From Patescibacteria group bacterium (lineage in GTDB: Bacteria; Patescibacteriota; Patescibacteriia; Magasanikbacterales; JBBTQS01): DNA of 39,010 nt. Below are positions 27,414-35,528 of this stretch, piece by piece. Location of the stretch: the NCBI GenBank assembly GCA_038065555.1, contig JBBTQS010000001.1, positions 322,741-361,750 of the forward strand, given 5' to 3'. The stretch's first letter is position 1. Each line of letters opens with the position of its first letter. The notes below the pieces were generated by a model. The model worked only from the letters and a program-made list of their open reading frames with translations, searched no databases and had not been told where the DNA came from. The position numbers and the translations under genes are program-made.

Positions 27414-27737
27414 ATGTCCATGTTCTCGAAGCTCAAGCAGATTAAGGATCTCCGCGACCAAGCAAAAGTGCTCCAGGATGCGCTCGGCCAAGAACGCGCT
27501 GAATCTACCGTCAACAATGTGACCGTAGTCATGAACGGCAACCTCGAAGTACTCGAGGTACGCATCCCACCCGAGATGCTCAATGCAGATCGCAAAGACA
27601 AGCTCCAGAGCGCACTCAAGGAAGCATACAACGACACGCTCAAGAAGGTGCAGAAGTCGATGGCAGTGAAGATGAAGGACATGGGCGGACTTGATTTCCT
27701 CAAAGGACTTGGCGGTTCCGCGACTGACGCCGAGTAA
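27414..27737 (+). CDS. ybaB: YbaB/EbfC nucleoid-associated protein
   Basis: VTVVMNGNLEVLEVRI...LKEAYND; directly upstream of recR. Confidence 0.85.
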   Translation: MSMFSKLKQIKDLRDQAKVLQDALGQERAESTVNNVTVVMNGNLEVLEVRIPPEMLNADRKDKLQSALKEAYNDTLKKVQKSMAVKMKDMGGLDFLKGLGGSATDAE

Positions 27738-27748
27738 TCTCGTCTCGC

Positions 27749-28351
27749 ATGAACGACAAACCGATCACAGATCTCGTTGCTGCGTTCATGCGACTCCCCT
27801 CTGTCGGCCAGAAGACCGCAGAGCGATTTGTGCTATCCCTATTGAAATCTGGCCGAGGTGAAGTCGGCAAGCTCACCCTTGCACTCACCGAACTCTCCAA
27901 GTCTGTGAAGAGTTGCATCCTCTGCCAGGATTTCACCACGCAAAGCCCCTGTGGTATTTGCAACGACTCACGCCGAGACCACGGCGTGATTTGCGTTGTG
28001 GCAGACACGACTGACGCCATGGCCATCGAGAAATCAGGTGCGTATAACGGCGTGTATCATATGTTGCGCGGAACCATCGATGCAATCGAAGGAGTACTCC
28101 CGTCACACCTCAAGGTTCCTGAGCTCATGGCTCGCATGCGCGCCGAAGACCCCAAGGTTCGCGAAGTCATTCTCGCACTCAATCCAGATATTCCTGGTGA
28201 GACAACCATGTTGTATCTCCAGCGCGAGCTCGCACAATTCAACGTGAAGGTATCGCGCCTTGCTCGAGGTCTCCCTATTGGCGCAAGCCTTGCGTACGCA
28301 GACGAAGTGACGCTCACCAGCGCACTCAAAGAACGCAAAGAGATCAAATAA
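27749..28351 (+). CDS. recR: recombination mediator RecR
   Basis: LPSVGQKTAERF, CILC...CGIC zinc finger, Toprim EVILALNP, LAYADEVTL. Confidence 0.97.
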   Translation: MNDKPITDLVAAFMRLPSVGQKTAERFVLSLLKSGRGEVGKLTLALTELSKSVKSCILCQDFTTQSPCGICNDSRRDHGVICVVADTTDAMAIEKSGAYNGVYHMLRGTIDAIEGVLPSHLKVPELMARMRAEDPKVREVILALNPDIPGETTMLYLQRELAQFNVKVSRLARGLPIGASLAYADEVTLTSALKERKEIK

Positions 28352-28354
28352 CAG

Positions 28355-28380
28355 AAAACCGTCGGTGTTACCAACGGTTT
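28355..28380. terminator. bidirectional terminator between recR and a convergent cassette
   Basis: Minus strand aaaccgttggt-aac-accgacggttt. Confidence 0.7.
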
Positions 28381-28417
28381 CCAGGTTTGAACGCTCTGTT
28401 GTCGGCGTTCACGACTT

Positions 28418-28753
28418 TCACGGAGTTCGCAGCTGCCTCCATTTGGCTGCGATCCCTCGACCAATCCAGCGGAAGAACTGCTGTGTGCGAGGCCAGCCCG
28501 TGCGAACCCAGGCAGCCCAGACCCAGCGACCAATCGCACGTGCCGCGTCACGCACCAGCGGCCAAACGCGCCTCCACACGAACTTCACAGCCCCTGTGAT
28601 GATCTTCCAAACGATTGCCAGCATGCTCTGGATGAGCCGCACAGCAAACGTCTGATTGATCCGCGCGCTCTTCTTTGGTCCCATGAACATGGTCATGAAG
28701 GCCGCAGCCATGATCCAGAGGAGAAGCAGTGGCCCCACGAGTTGTTCGAGCAT
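28418..28753 (-). CDS. 111-aa membrane protein with a Trp/Arg-rich amphipathic tail
   Basis: SD AAGGAG 5 nt before ATG; N-terminal TM helix. Confidence 0.7.
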   Translation of the reverse strand: MLEQLVGPLLLLWIMAAAFMTMFMGPKKSARINQTFAVRLIQSMLAIVWKIITGAVKFVWRRVWPLVRDAARAIGRWVWAAWVRTGWPRTQQFFRWIGRGIAAKWRQLRTP

Positions 28754-28763
28754 GAGCTCTCCT

Positions 28764-29141
28764 TCAGTCGTGCACACGTCTCCAGAGACGAAACTCTCCC
28801 ACTTCAGAGTTATAGCTCAGAATGAAGTCCGTCGCCCTGTACAGTAGCTGTGGCTGATGGTAGAGCATCACCGGGTGGTCCTCGCAGAAGTACACGTCGA
28901 CAATCACATTATCTGGGGAATCGTCCTTGTAGTGCCCCGCGACGCAATGCACCTTCAGGAAGGTGACCTGTGCATTCTCGACGGTCACGGTAATCTCCTT
29001 GAAGGGAAACAGATCCCCCGAGTGAATATGACGGTCGAAGTCCCCGACCAGATTCCGATTCAACACCGCAGCGGCGACTGCATAACACTCTGCACCAGAC
29101 TTTTCCAAGGTGCGCTCGACACTACTCAGGATCTCGTCCAT
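28764..29141 (-). CDS. 125-aa hypothetical protein
   Basis: SD GGAGG (29151-29147) 5 nt before ATG; own promoter. Confidence 0.7.
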   Translation of the reverse strand: MDEILSSVERTLEKSGAECYAVAAAVLNRNLVGDFDRHIHSGDLFPFKEITVTVENAQVTFLKVHCVAGHYKDDSPDNVIVDVYFCEDHPVMLYHQPQLLYRATDFILSYNSEVGEFRLWRRVHD

Positions 29142-29190
29142 GTCACCCTCCGACTCATGCATTCGAACACACCTCGTGCTCGAATGGCAC

Positions 29191-29219
29191 ATACTATCAC
29201 TTTTCACCATTTTTGTCAA
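29191..29219 (-). promoter_or_regulatory. sigma70-type promoter of the two-gene cassette
   Basis: TTGACA-17 nt-(TGa)TAGTAT. Confidence 0.75.
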
Positions 29220-29246
29220 CGCAACCAGCGCATGAAGTTTCATAAT

Positions 29247-29296
29247 AAAAAAGTGCCCGACAGACAAGATCCAATGGATCAAGATCTGCCGAGCAC
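29247..29296 (-). terminator. intrinsic terminator
   Basis: gtgctcggcaga...tctgtcgggcac followed by T6. Confidence 0.8.
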
Positions 29297-29307
29297 CAAG
29301 TAGCCAA

Positions 29308-29329
29308 GCCTGCCTGCCGGTAGGCAAGT
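29308..29329. repeat. REP-like palindrome (CCTGCCTGCCGGYAGGCARG type)
   Basis: gcctgcctgccggtaggcaagt imperfect palindrome in the 3' UTR. Confidence 0.5.
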
Positions 29330-29340
29330 TGCGAAGGTTG

Positions 29341-29967
29341 TTACTCCTCGACGAACTCCGGCACCGCACAGCTCCGATACGCAGTCCCACGGTCGCCCGC
29401 ACCCACGCCGAACTCGCGATCGTCAGTGTCGACCCACGCACTCGGCACGAGGCGAGGCTTGCCGCCGGAGACCTTGCATTCGAGACCAGCCATCCACAGG
29501 AACGGATGTTCAGCGGAGCCGTTCATGCGTCTCGCGACCTCTGGATGCTGCGCGAGCATCGAGATGATCTCACGACCTGGCATCTGACGCCCGTCCTTGA
29601 GCACGTTCTCCGGCGATTGCCCGTAATTGGCGGTGCGCCGGATACGAACCCAGCGCTGTCGCCAGCTCGGATACTCGACATTACCACACAAGAAGAGACG
29701 CTCGGGGTCGGTCATGAACTCCGACCACCAACTCTTGTTCTGCTGCTCGGCGGCCCACGACCAGGTAAACAAGATCTCCACGTTGAGCGTCGAGAACGAG
29801 CGATCGAGCACCACGGCCTCACCCCGGTCGTCTGAGAAGAGGCGCGGATGAGGCGATCCGTCCCAGACGAACTTCTTCGGATTGATCCCCATAGCGGAAC
29901 ATCGCGCGTCGTAGTTGGCGATGACCTCGGAGAGCGGAGTGTACATATGATGAATGAGCTGTGGCAC
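29341..29967 (-). CDS. hypothetical protein, possibly C-type-lectin-like fold (start GTG 29967 or ATG 29979)
   Basis: GGAGG 5 nt before GTG; MLAQHPE...PFLWMAG...VPSAWVD...AVPEF. Confidence 0.75.
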   Translation of the reverse strand: MPQLIHHMYTPLSEVIANYDARCSAMGINPKKFVWDGSPHPRLFSDDRGEAVVLDRSFSTLNVEILFTWSWAAEQQNKSWWSEFMTDPERLFLCGNVEYPSWRQRWVRIRRTANYGQSPENVLKDGRQMPGREIISMLAQHPEVARRMNGSAEHPFLWMAGLECKVSGGKPRLVPSAWVDTDDREFGVGAGDRGTAYRSCAVPEFVEE

Positions 29968-29995
29968 GTTGACCTCCATGGTTGTGTGTGCGCCT

Positions 29996-30026
29996 ATGCT
30001 ATATCACATTTGGAACAATCTGTCAA
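29996..30026 (-). promoter_or_regulatory. promoter of ORF 29341-29967
   Basis: TTGACA, then TATAGC at 17 nt or TAGCAT at 19 nt. Confidence 0.5.
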
Positions 30027-30063
30027 CGAGTGAACGATGGGAGCGCTACAGATAGCACATTGC

Positions 30064-30103
30064 AAAAAAACAAATCCCACAGCTCGCTGTGGGATTTGTT
30101 TTT
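30064..30103. terminator. intrinsic terminator after rplU
   Basis: Perfect inverted repeat aaaaacaaatcccacagc/gctgtgggatttgttttt. Confidence 0.85.
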
Positions 30104-30112
30104 GCGAAGCAA

Positions 30113-30427
30113 CTAGGCGATGGACTTCACGGTCACGGTCGTCTGTGGCTGCTTGTGGCCGTTCTTGCGGCGGTAGCGAACCTTTGCTTTGTACTTCATG
30201 ACAAGGATCTTGTCTGCGAAGCCTTGCTTGTCCAAAGATGCGGTCACCTTTGCACCGTCGATGTATGGAGTACCGACGCGTACGGAGCCGTCATTCTCGT
30301 CCACGAGGAGGAGTACTTTGTCGAAGACAACAGTATCGCCCGCTTCTTGGTCGAGTTTCTCAATCGTCAATTTGGTGTTCGGCTCTACAATATATTGCTT
30401 GCTGCCGGTCTCAATGATTGCCATCAT
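30113..30427 (-). CDS. rplU: 50S ribosomal protein L21
   Basis: AIIETGSKQY, VGTPYIDGAKV, YRRKNGHKQPQT; promoter TTGACA-17-TAGGAT at 30477-30449. Confidence 0.96.
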   Translation of the reverse strand: MMAIIETGSKQYIVEPNTKLTIEKLDQEAGDTVVFDKVLLLVDENDGSVRVGTPYIDGAKVTASLDKQGFADKILVMKYKAKVRYRRKNGHKQPQTTVTVKSIA

Positions 30428-30463
30428 AGTGGTATTGCTAACGGGACTATCCTACCCCAACCC

Positions 30464-30973
30464 CTATTCTTTGTCAAACTGGATTATGACGGGGTCCCCG
30501 ATCTTCCAGCCATTGGCTATGGCATACCCAGCAGGCACCTCCAGAACCATATCTGCTGGCAATCTGGGGAAATACCGCGGAAGCTCGGATTCTGGCGTGT
30601 CAGGGTGCGCAGGTGCTGGGACTTCGGGTGCAATATCCACGATCTTGCCCTGGAAGATCCAGACAATATCAATGGGGAAATGCATCCCCTTCATCCAGAA
30701 CCCTTTTTGCCCAGGCTCTGCAAAGACGAAGAGCATCCCCTCTCCATTCTTGAGCAGGAGTCTCCCTCCTAATCCCAACTGCTGCTCTTTCGCAGAGTTC
30801 GCAATATCCACCGTCACCACTGCTTCACGGATGCGCACCGTAGCCAGAGGATCACCCCACTGTCTGATGGTGAGATAGAGAAAAGCAATACCAAAGAGCA
30901 CCAAAAATCCAATGACTACTTTTTTGTTGGGCGGTTTGACTTGTTTGTCCTTGTTGCGTCGGAAGAGTCCCAT
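30464..30973 (-). CDS. DUF192-family protein with N-terminal TM
   Basis: GLGGR...GMLFVF...FWMKGMHFPIDIVWI...VLEVPAG. Confidence 0.88.
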   Translation of the reverse strand: MGLFRRNKDKQVKPPNKKVVIGFLVLFGIAFLYLTIRQWGDPLATVRIREAVVTVDIANSAKEQQLGLGGRLLLKNGEGMLFVFAEPGQKGFWMKGMHFPIDIVWIFQGKIVDIAPEVPAPAHPDTPESELPRYFPRLPADMVLEVPAGYAIANGWKIGDPVIIQFDKE

Positions 30974-31980
30974 AGAATAACAGCGGCGATGCCCCAGGTA
31001 AGGAGCACAATCGCGAGAATAGTAATTGCCTTTTGCCACGGTGATGCCACGAGCGTCGTGACGCCGAACGTAATTGCAAAGGCGTAGAGCATGAGCACGG
31101 TTGCACGATGACTAAATCCAGCGCGCAACAGGAGATGGTGCAGATGCGTGGAATCTCCAGAGGTGATAGGTGCGCGACGCACAAAACGCATGACTGCAAC
31201 ACGAATCATATCGGCGACAGGCACGCCCAGCACAAGGAGTGTCGTGGCGATTTTGCTCCCAGACACAATGGCGCAGGTTCCAAGGAGGAATCCAAGGAGC
31301 ACACTTCCACCTTCACCCAAGAAGATAGAAGCTCTATGAAAATTATACACCAGAAATCCGATACACGCGCCTGCAACTGCAGCAGCGAGTGCTCCGATGT
31401 CTGGTTGCCAAAATAATGCAGTAGCAGTAAGCGCAACAATCATGAGCGAGCCAATTGCGCTGATCCCCGTTGCAAGTCCGTCGAGTCCGTCGAGCAATTT
31501 GGTTGTGTACATGAGCACCATGAACCACAACCACGTTACAGGCAACGAGATGAGCGTAGGTAATTCGATCACACCTGTACCTAACGGATTCGTGACCGTA
31601 TCAATACGCACCCCCACAATGACCATGATTACCGCAGCAGCACTCGGGAACAATATCTGAATGTGCGGCGGCAACGAATAGCGATCATCGAAGTAGCCAC
31701 CAATCATGAGTAACCCTGATGCAATCAACAACCCAACAAGCAATCGTGTGGAGAGTGCTTCAAACACTGTGGGATAGAAAACCAACCCAGCTGCAATTGC
31801 TGTGACAAATGCTACCCACACAGCCACACCACCGAGCAGTGGTGTGGGGCGTGCGTGCTGTTTGCGTGGAAGTGTAGGTGCATCAAGAATACCGAGCGCT
31901 CGCGCTGCAATGCGCAAGAGCGGGGTGAGTACGAGTGCAGCAGCAAGTGCTACGAGGAATGTGACCACTGCTGCTTCCAT
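30916..31980 (-). CDS. WecA/TagO-like polyprenyl-phosphate GlcNAc-1-P transferase (MraY family)
   Basis: PTPLLGG, GYFDDRY, LDGLDGLA, IFLGEGG, HLHH. Confidence 0.9.
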   Translation of the reverse strand: MEAAVVTFLVALAAALVLTPLLRIAARALGILDAPTLPRKQHARPTPLLGGVAVWVAFVTAIAAGLVFYPTVFEALSTRLLVGLLIASGLLMIGGYFDDRYSLPPHIQILFPSAAAVIMVIVGVRIDTVTNPLGTGVIELPTLISLPVTWLWFMVLMYTTKLLDGLDGLATGISAIGSLMIVALTATALFWQPDIGALAAAVAGACIGFLVYNFHRASIFLGEGGSVLLGFLLGTCAIVSGSKIATTLLVLGVPVADMIRVAVMRFVRRAPITSGDSTHLHHLLLRAGFSHRATVLMLYAFAITFGVTTLVASPWQKAITILAIVLLTWGIAAVILWDSSDATRTNKSNRPTKK

Positions 31981-31985
31981 ACACG

Positions 31986-34721
31986 TTAGGCAGTTTGTTC
32001 GATACGGACACCCTCATTTGTGAAGTGCACAGTGTCCCCACGATGCACCTTCTTGGAGAGAAGGAGCTCGGCAATAGTATTCTCGACACGATCCTGGATC
32101 ACACGGCGCAGCGGACGCGCACCAAATTGCGGATCAAATCCTGCATCAGCGAGATACATGAGGATATCCTCATCAATAACCAACCCAATCCCCTGACCAT
32201 CCAGACGCGCAGCAATTGATTTGACCATGATAGATGCAATACGACCGATCTCACTCTTGTCGAGTGCGCGGAAGAGTACAACGGCATCAAATCGGTTCAA
32301 GAATTCAGGGCGATACCACTCAGACAACTTGCCGCGCATGAGTGCTTCCTGAATCACGGGGAACGTCGTCCCCTTTGCCATTTCCTCTTGCACGAATTGT
32401 GTGCCTGCGTTACTGGTGGCGATGAGAATAATATTGGTGCAATCAATCGTCACACCGGTGCTGTCTGTGAGTCGTCCATCATCCATGACCTGGAGGAACA
32501 GGTTGAGCACATTGGGGTGTGCTTTTTCTAACTCGTCGAGAAGGAGGAGTGCAAATGGCTTTTCTTTGATGGCTTCGGTGAGAACGCCACTTCCCTTCAC
32601 ACCCGCCTGACCAATGAGTCGCATTGCACTCGATGCATCCTGATATTCAGACATGTCGAGACGAATCATCTGCTTCTCGCCACCGAAGTACACTTCGGCA
32701 ACGGTCTTGGAGAGCTCGGTCTTACCCACACCTGTCGGTCCGAGGAAGAGGAAGTTGGCGATCGTGCGCTTGCCACCGGTGAGCTGGGCACGTGAACGGC
32801 GCAGTGCTGCAGCAACTTCGCGAACCGCTTCTTCCTGTCCTATCACACGCTCGTGCAGTGCACTTTCCAGACGCAATAATTTTTGTGACTCATCTTCGGT
32901 TACTGCTGTGACAGGAATCTTGGATTTGTCGGAGACAATCTTGGCAATGTCTTGTGCGGTAACAAGCGCGTCTTTGCCACGAGACGTTTTGACAGCTTCT
33001 GCTGCTTCCTTGATCACGGCGATGGCTTTGTCTGGGAGCTTGCCTTCGTGGATGTAGCGGCTGGAGAATTGCGCTGCAGTCTCAATAGCTGCGTACGAGA
33101 ACCAGATTCCGTGTTCATACTCAATATACCCAGCCTTTGCCTCGAGAACGTGGATTGTTTGATCCACGCTCATCTCTGGCACATCAACGCGCGAGAACGC
33201 TGATGAAATAGAAGTGCTCTGTATATACCGACGATACGCCTCAGGCGTTGTTGTTGCGAACATGAGGAACGATCCAGATTGCAATTCGCGAGCAAGTACT
33301 CCCGCGACATCGAGACTCCCTGCATCCCCTTCACTCACACCGACAATGTTCTCGATGTTAGGAATGAACAGGATGATATTACCCGCGCGATGTACTTCAT
33401 TGAGTACATGCAGCAATCGCTCCTGTGCGATAGCTGGTGTTGCGCCTGCGAGCAATCTCGCAGCGGTCAGCACCATCAAACGCTTGTCTGATAGCACTGG
33501 CGGAACAGATTCTTCAACCATGCGTGTCGCAAGTCCTTCAATAACACTCTCCTTACCAACTCCTTCTTCACCGACAAGCAGTACACTCTTCTTGCCGCCC
33601 TGGAGCGTGCGAAAGACGGTCTGCAATTCATGTTCACGTCCGATGAGTGTACTCGTATAGCCCAGTGCCGCCATTCGCGTGAGATCATCTGCCAACGAAT
33701 CCAAGTATGGTGTTGCAAGCGCTGTCATTGCTCGATTTGTATCACCCTTCGGACGACGGCGAGCTGCTTCGCGACGACGTGACCATGCTTCACGCAATTG
33801 GAGACGAACGCGAACCCATGCAATGACGTTATCCATCTGACGATTGTCTACACCCAAATCAGTCAGGACTTTTGAGAACGGTTCGACGAGATGGTACACG
33901 CTTGCAAGCATATCTCCCAACCCAACGTAATTCTGACGCTGCGCCTGCGCTTCGATATATGCATGGAAAAAAATCGCAACCGATTCTGCGCTGTATGCAG
34001 GAGCGCGACCTTGCGAAGTATTTGCGCCATTTTGTTGTTGTACGAGACTGAGTACTTCGTTGACAGACACTCCGAGGCGCACGAAAATTCCCTGAATCTC
34101 TGGGAAATGCATGAGTGCTTGCAACACATGGTATGGACTGACCGTTGCTGCACCAAGTCGCTCTGCAATAGCGTACGCATCCTCAGTAGTGCGGATAGCA
34201 TCAGCAGAAAAACTTTGTGCGATGTCATGCCGCTGGGCCACACCATGCCAACCACTTGCGCCCCATGGATGAGCCAACCCTTCTGCAATTTCCTTCGGGG
34301 CGTCTTCCCACAGTTCATGAACTGGAATAGGAACTGATCGACGCTGATTGCGCACCACACGCATCATGCCGTAGAGCACTGCGAGCATGCTGATCCAAAA
34401 TCCTGTAACAACCGGCTCCCCACTTACCCAGAATGACGACGTGAACACGGCAAACGGTGTTTCGCGAAGTGTGAAAAGGAGCAGAAGCCACATGACAATC
34501 CCTGACCCAAAGGCGAGGAATGTGAGCACGCCACCGACTTTGTTGAGCAAGATACGAGTACGAATTGCGCGGTGGGTCAATTCGCGTCCCCAATACAGGA
34601 ATACACCTTCATGCTGCACACCAGAAAACGCTCCACGACATTGCGTGCAGGCGCTATCAGGTCGCCCCGCCGGCAAGCAGGCGGGACACACGGCAAGCGA
34701 AGGTGCGGTAGTCTGAGGCAT
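31986..34721 (-). CDS. membrane-anchored ClpA/ClpB-family AAA+ ATPase with degenerate NBD1
   Basis: CPAC..CTQC, 2 TM helices, Clp-N; NBD1 GEEGVGKES/ILFIPN; NBD2 GPTGVGKTE, RLDMSEY, LDELEKAH, RPEFLNR, GARPLRR. Confidence 0.9.
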   Translation of the reverse strand: MPQTTAPSLAVCPACLPAGRPDSACTQCRGAFSGVQHEGVFLYWGRELTHRAIRTRILLNKVGGVLTFLAFGSGIVMWLLLLFTLRETPFAVFTSSFWVSGEPVVTGFWISMLAVLYGMMRVVRNQRRSVPIPVHELWEDAPKEIAEGLAHPWGASGWHGVAQRHDIAQSFSADAIRTTEDAYAIAERLGAATVSPYHVLQALMHFPEIQGIFVRLGVSVNEVLSLVQQQNGANTSQGRAPAYSAESVAIFFHAYIEAQAQRQNYVGLGDMLASVYHLVEPFSKVLTDLGVDNRQMDNVIAWVRVRLQLREAWSRRREAARRRPKGDTNRAMTALATPYLDSLADDLTRMAALGYTSTLIGREHELQTVFRTLQGGKKSVLLVGEEGVGKESVIEGLATRMVEESVPPVLSDKRLMVLTAARLLAGATPAIAQERLLHVLNEVHRAGNIILFIPNIENIVGVSEGDAGSLDVAGVLARELQSGSFLMFATTTPEAYRRYIQSTSISSAFSRVDVPEMSVDQTIHVLEAKAGYIEYEHGIWFSYAAIETAAQFSSRYIHEGKLPDKAIAVIKEAAEAVKTSRGKDALVTAQDIAKIVSDKSKIPVTAVTEDESQKLLRLESALHERVIGQEEAVREVAAALRRSRAQLTGGKRTIANFLFLGPTGVGKTELSKTVAEVYFGGEKQMIRLDMSEYQDASSAMRLIGQAGVKGSGVLTEAIKEKPFALLLLDELEKAHPNVLNLFLQVMDDGRLTDSTGVTIDCTNIILIATSNAGTQFVQEEMAKGTTFPVIQEALMRGKLSEWYRPEFLNRFDAVVLFRALDKSEIGRIASIMVKSIAARLDGQGIGLVIDEDILMYLADAGFDPQFGARPLRRVIQDRVENTIAELLLSKKVHRGDTVHFTNEGVRIEQTA

Positions 34722-34727
34722 GTACAA

Positions 34728-35084
34728 CTAAAGAAAAAGTGGAGCGAAAATAAAATACAACACAGCAAGCGGCGCAACACACCAGAGCAACACAACAACG
34801 GCGTACCAAACCGCCGCAAATCCAAACACAATACACCGAGCTATTACTTGGAACAGTCGGATGAAGAAACTGATAATACGACCCTGCCAATCATACTGCC
34901 CGAACATTGGCACCATGATATTGCGCATCCACAAACTAATGGCGAGGCGATACCACGTACGCGCAGATCGTTCGCGCATCCAACGCAGCATGAATGCGAG
35001 TCCGCCGGTGTACCACCACACTGGACCCGTAATAGCTTCAACAAGAAGGAGTTGCACTACGTGTTGGAGAAGGGCGATGGACAT
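34728..35084 (-). CDS. small membrane protein co-transcribed with the Clp ATPase
   Basis: PVWWYTGG, PMFGQYDWQGRIISFFIR; TGgTATACT 8 nt before ATG. Confidence 0.8.
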   Translation of the reverse strand: MSIALLQHVVQLLLVEAITGPVWWYTGGLAFMLRWMRERSARTWYRLAISLWMRNIMVPMFGQYDWQGRIISFFIRLFQVIARCIVFGFAAVWYAVVVLLWCVAPLAVLYFIFAPLFL

Positions 35085-35144
35085 ACGCGACTAGTATACC
35101 AAAATAATTGCATTTCGCCCATGCAGCGTGTGGGAGCAAAAGCA

Positions 35145-35528
35145 CTATCGATGGGCAACAGGCTGTTGCGTCAACGTCACGGCGAAGGTGACGCCGTCAA
35201 TGGGCACCATGTTGAGATTGCGCACACGCTCGCTCACACGGCGAAGCGATCCTTGTTCCGCGATATGAATCTGCATGCGCTCATTCGTGTCGCGCAGTGC
35301 AGTTACTTCGCGCTCCACACGCTTGAGCTCATACCCTTTTGTCGAAACACTGCTCATAACACCGATATAGGCCACACCTATGACCGCGATCAGTGACAAG
35401 ACCAGTATACGCGCACCCGTTGACTCAACTGCCCATGCAGCTGCACGTCGCACTACGGCAAAAATCGCACTGCGCGTACGGGACGGCTGTGCATTTGCTA
35501 CTGAATGATAGGAGGCTTGGAACTTCAT
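35145..35528 (-). CDS. ftsL: FtsL-like cell division protein
   Basis: TM helix, then STKGYEL...coiled coil; follows rsmH. Confidence 0.7.
   Translation of the reverse strand: MKFQASYHSVANAQPSRTRSAIFAVVRRAAAWAVESTGARILVLSLIAVIGVAYIGVMSSVSTKGYELKRVEREVTALRDTNERMQIHIAEQGSLRRVSERVRNLNMVPIDGVTFAVTLTQQPVAHR

Noticed and set aside
109-30060. Integron-type cassette array explaining the stacked ORFans
   Set aside because: The terminator-to-promoter junctions share no attC-like core or common repeat, and no integrase is present.
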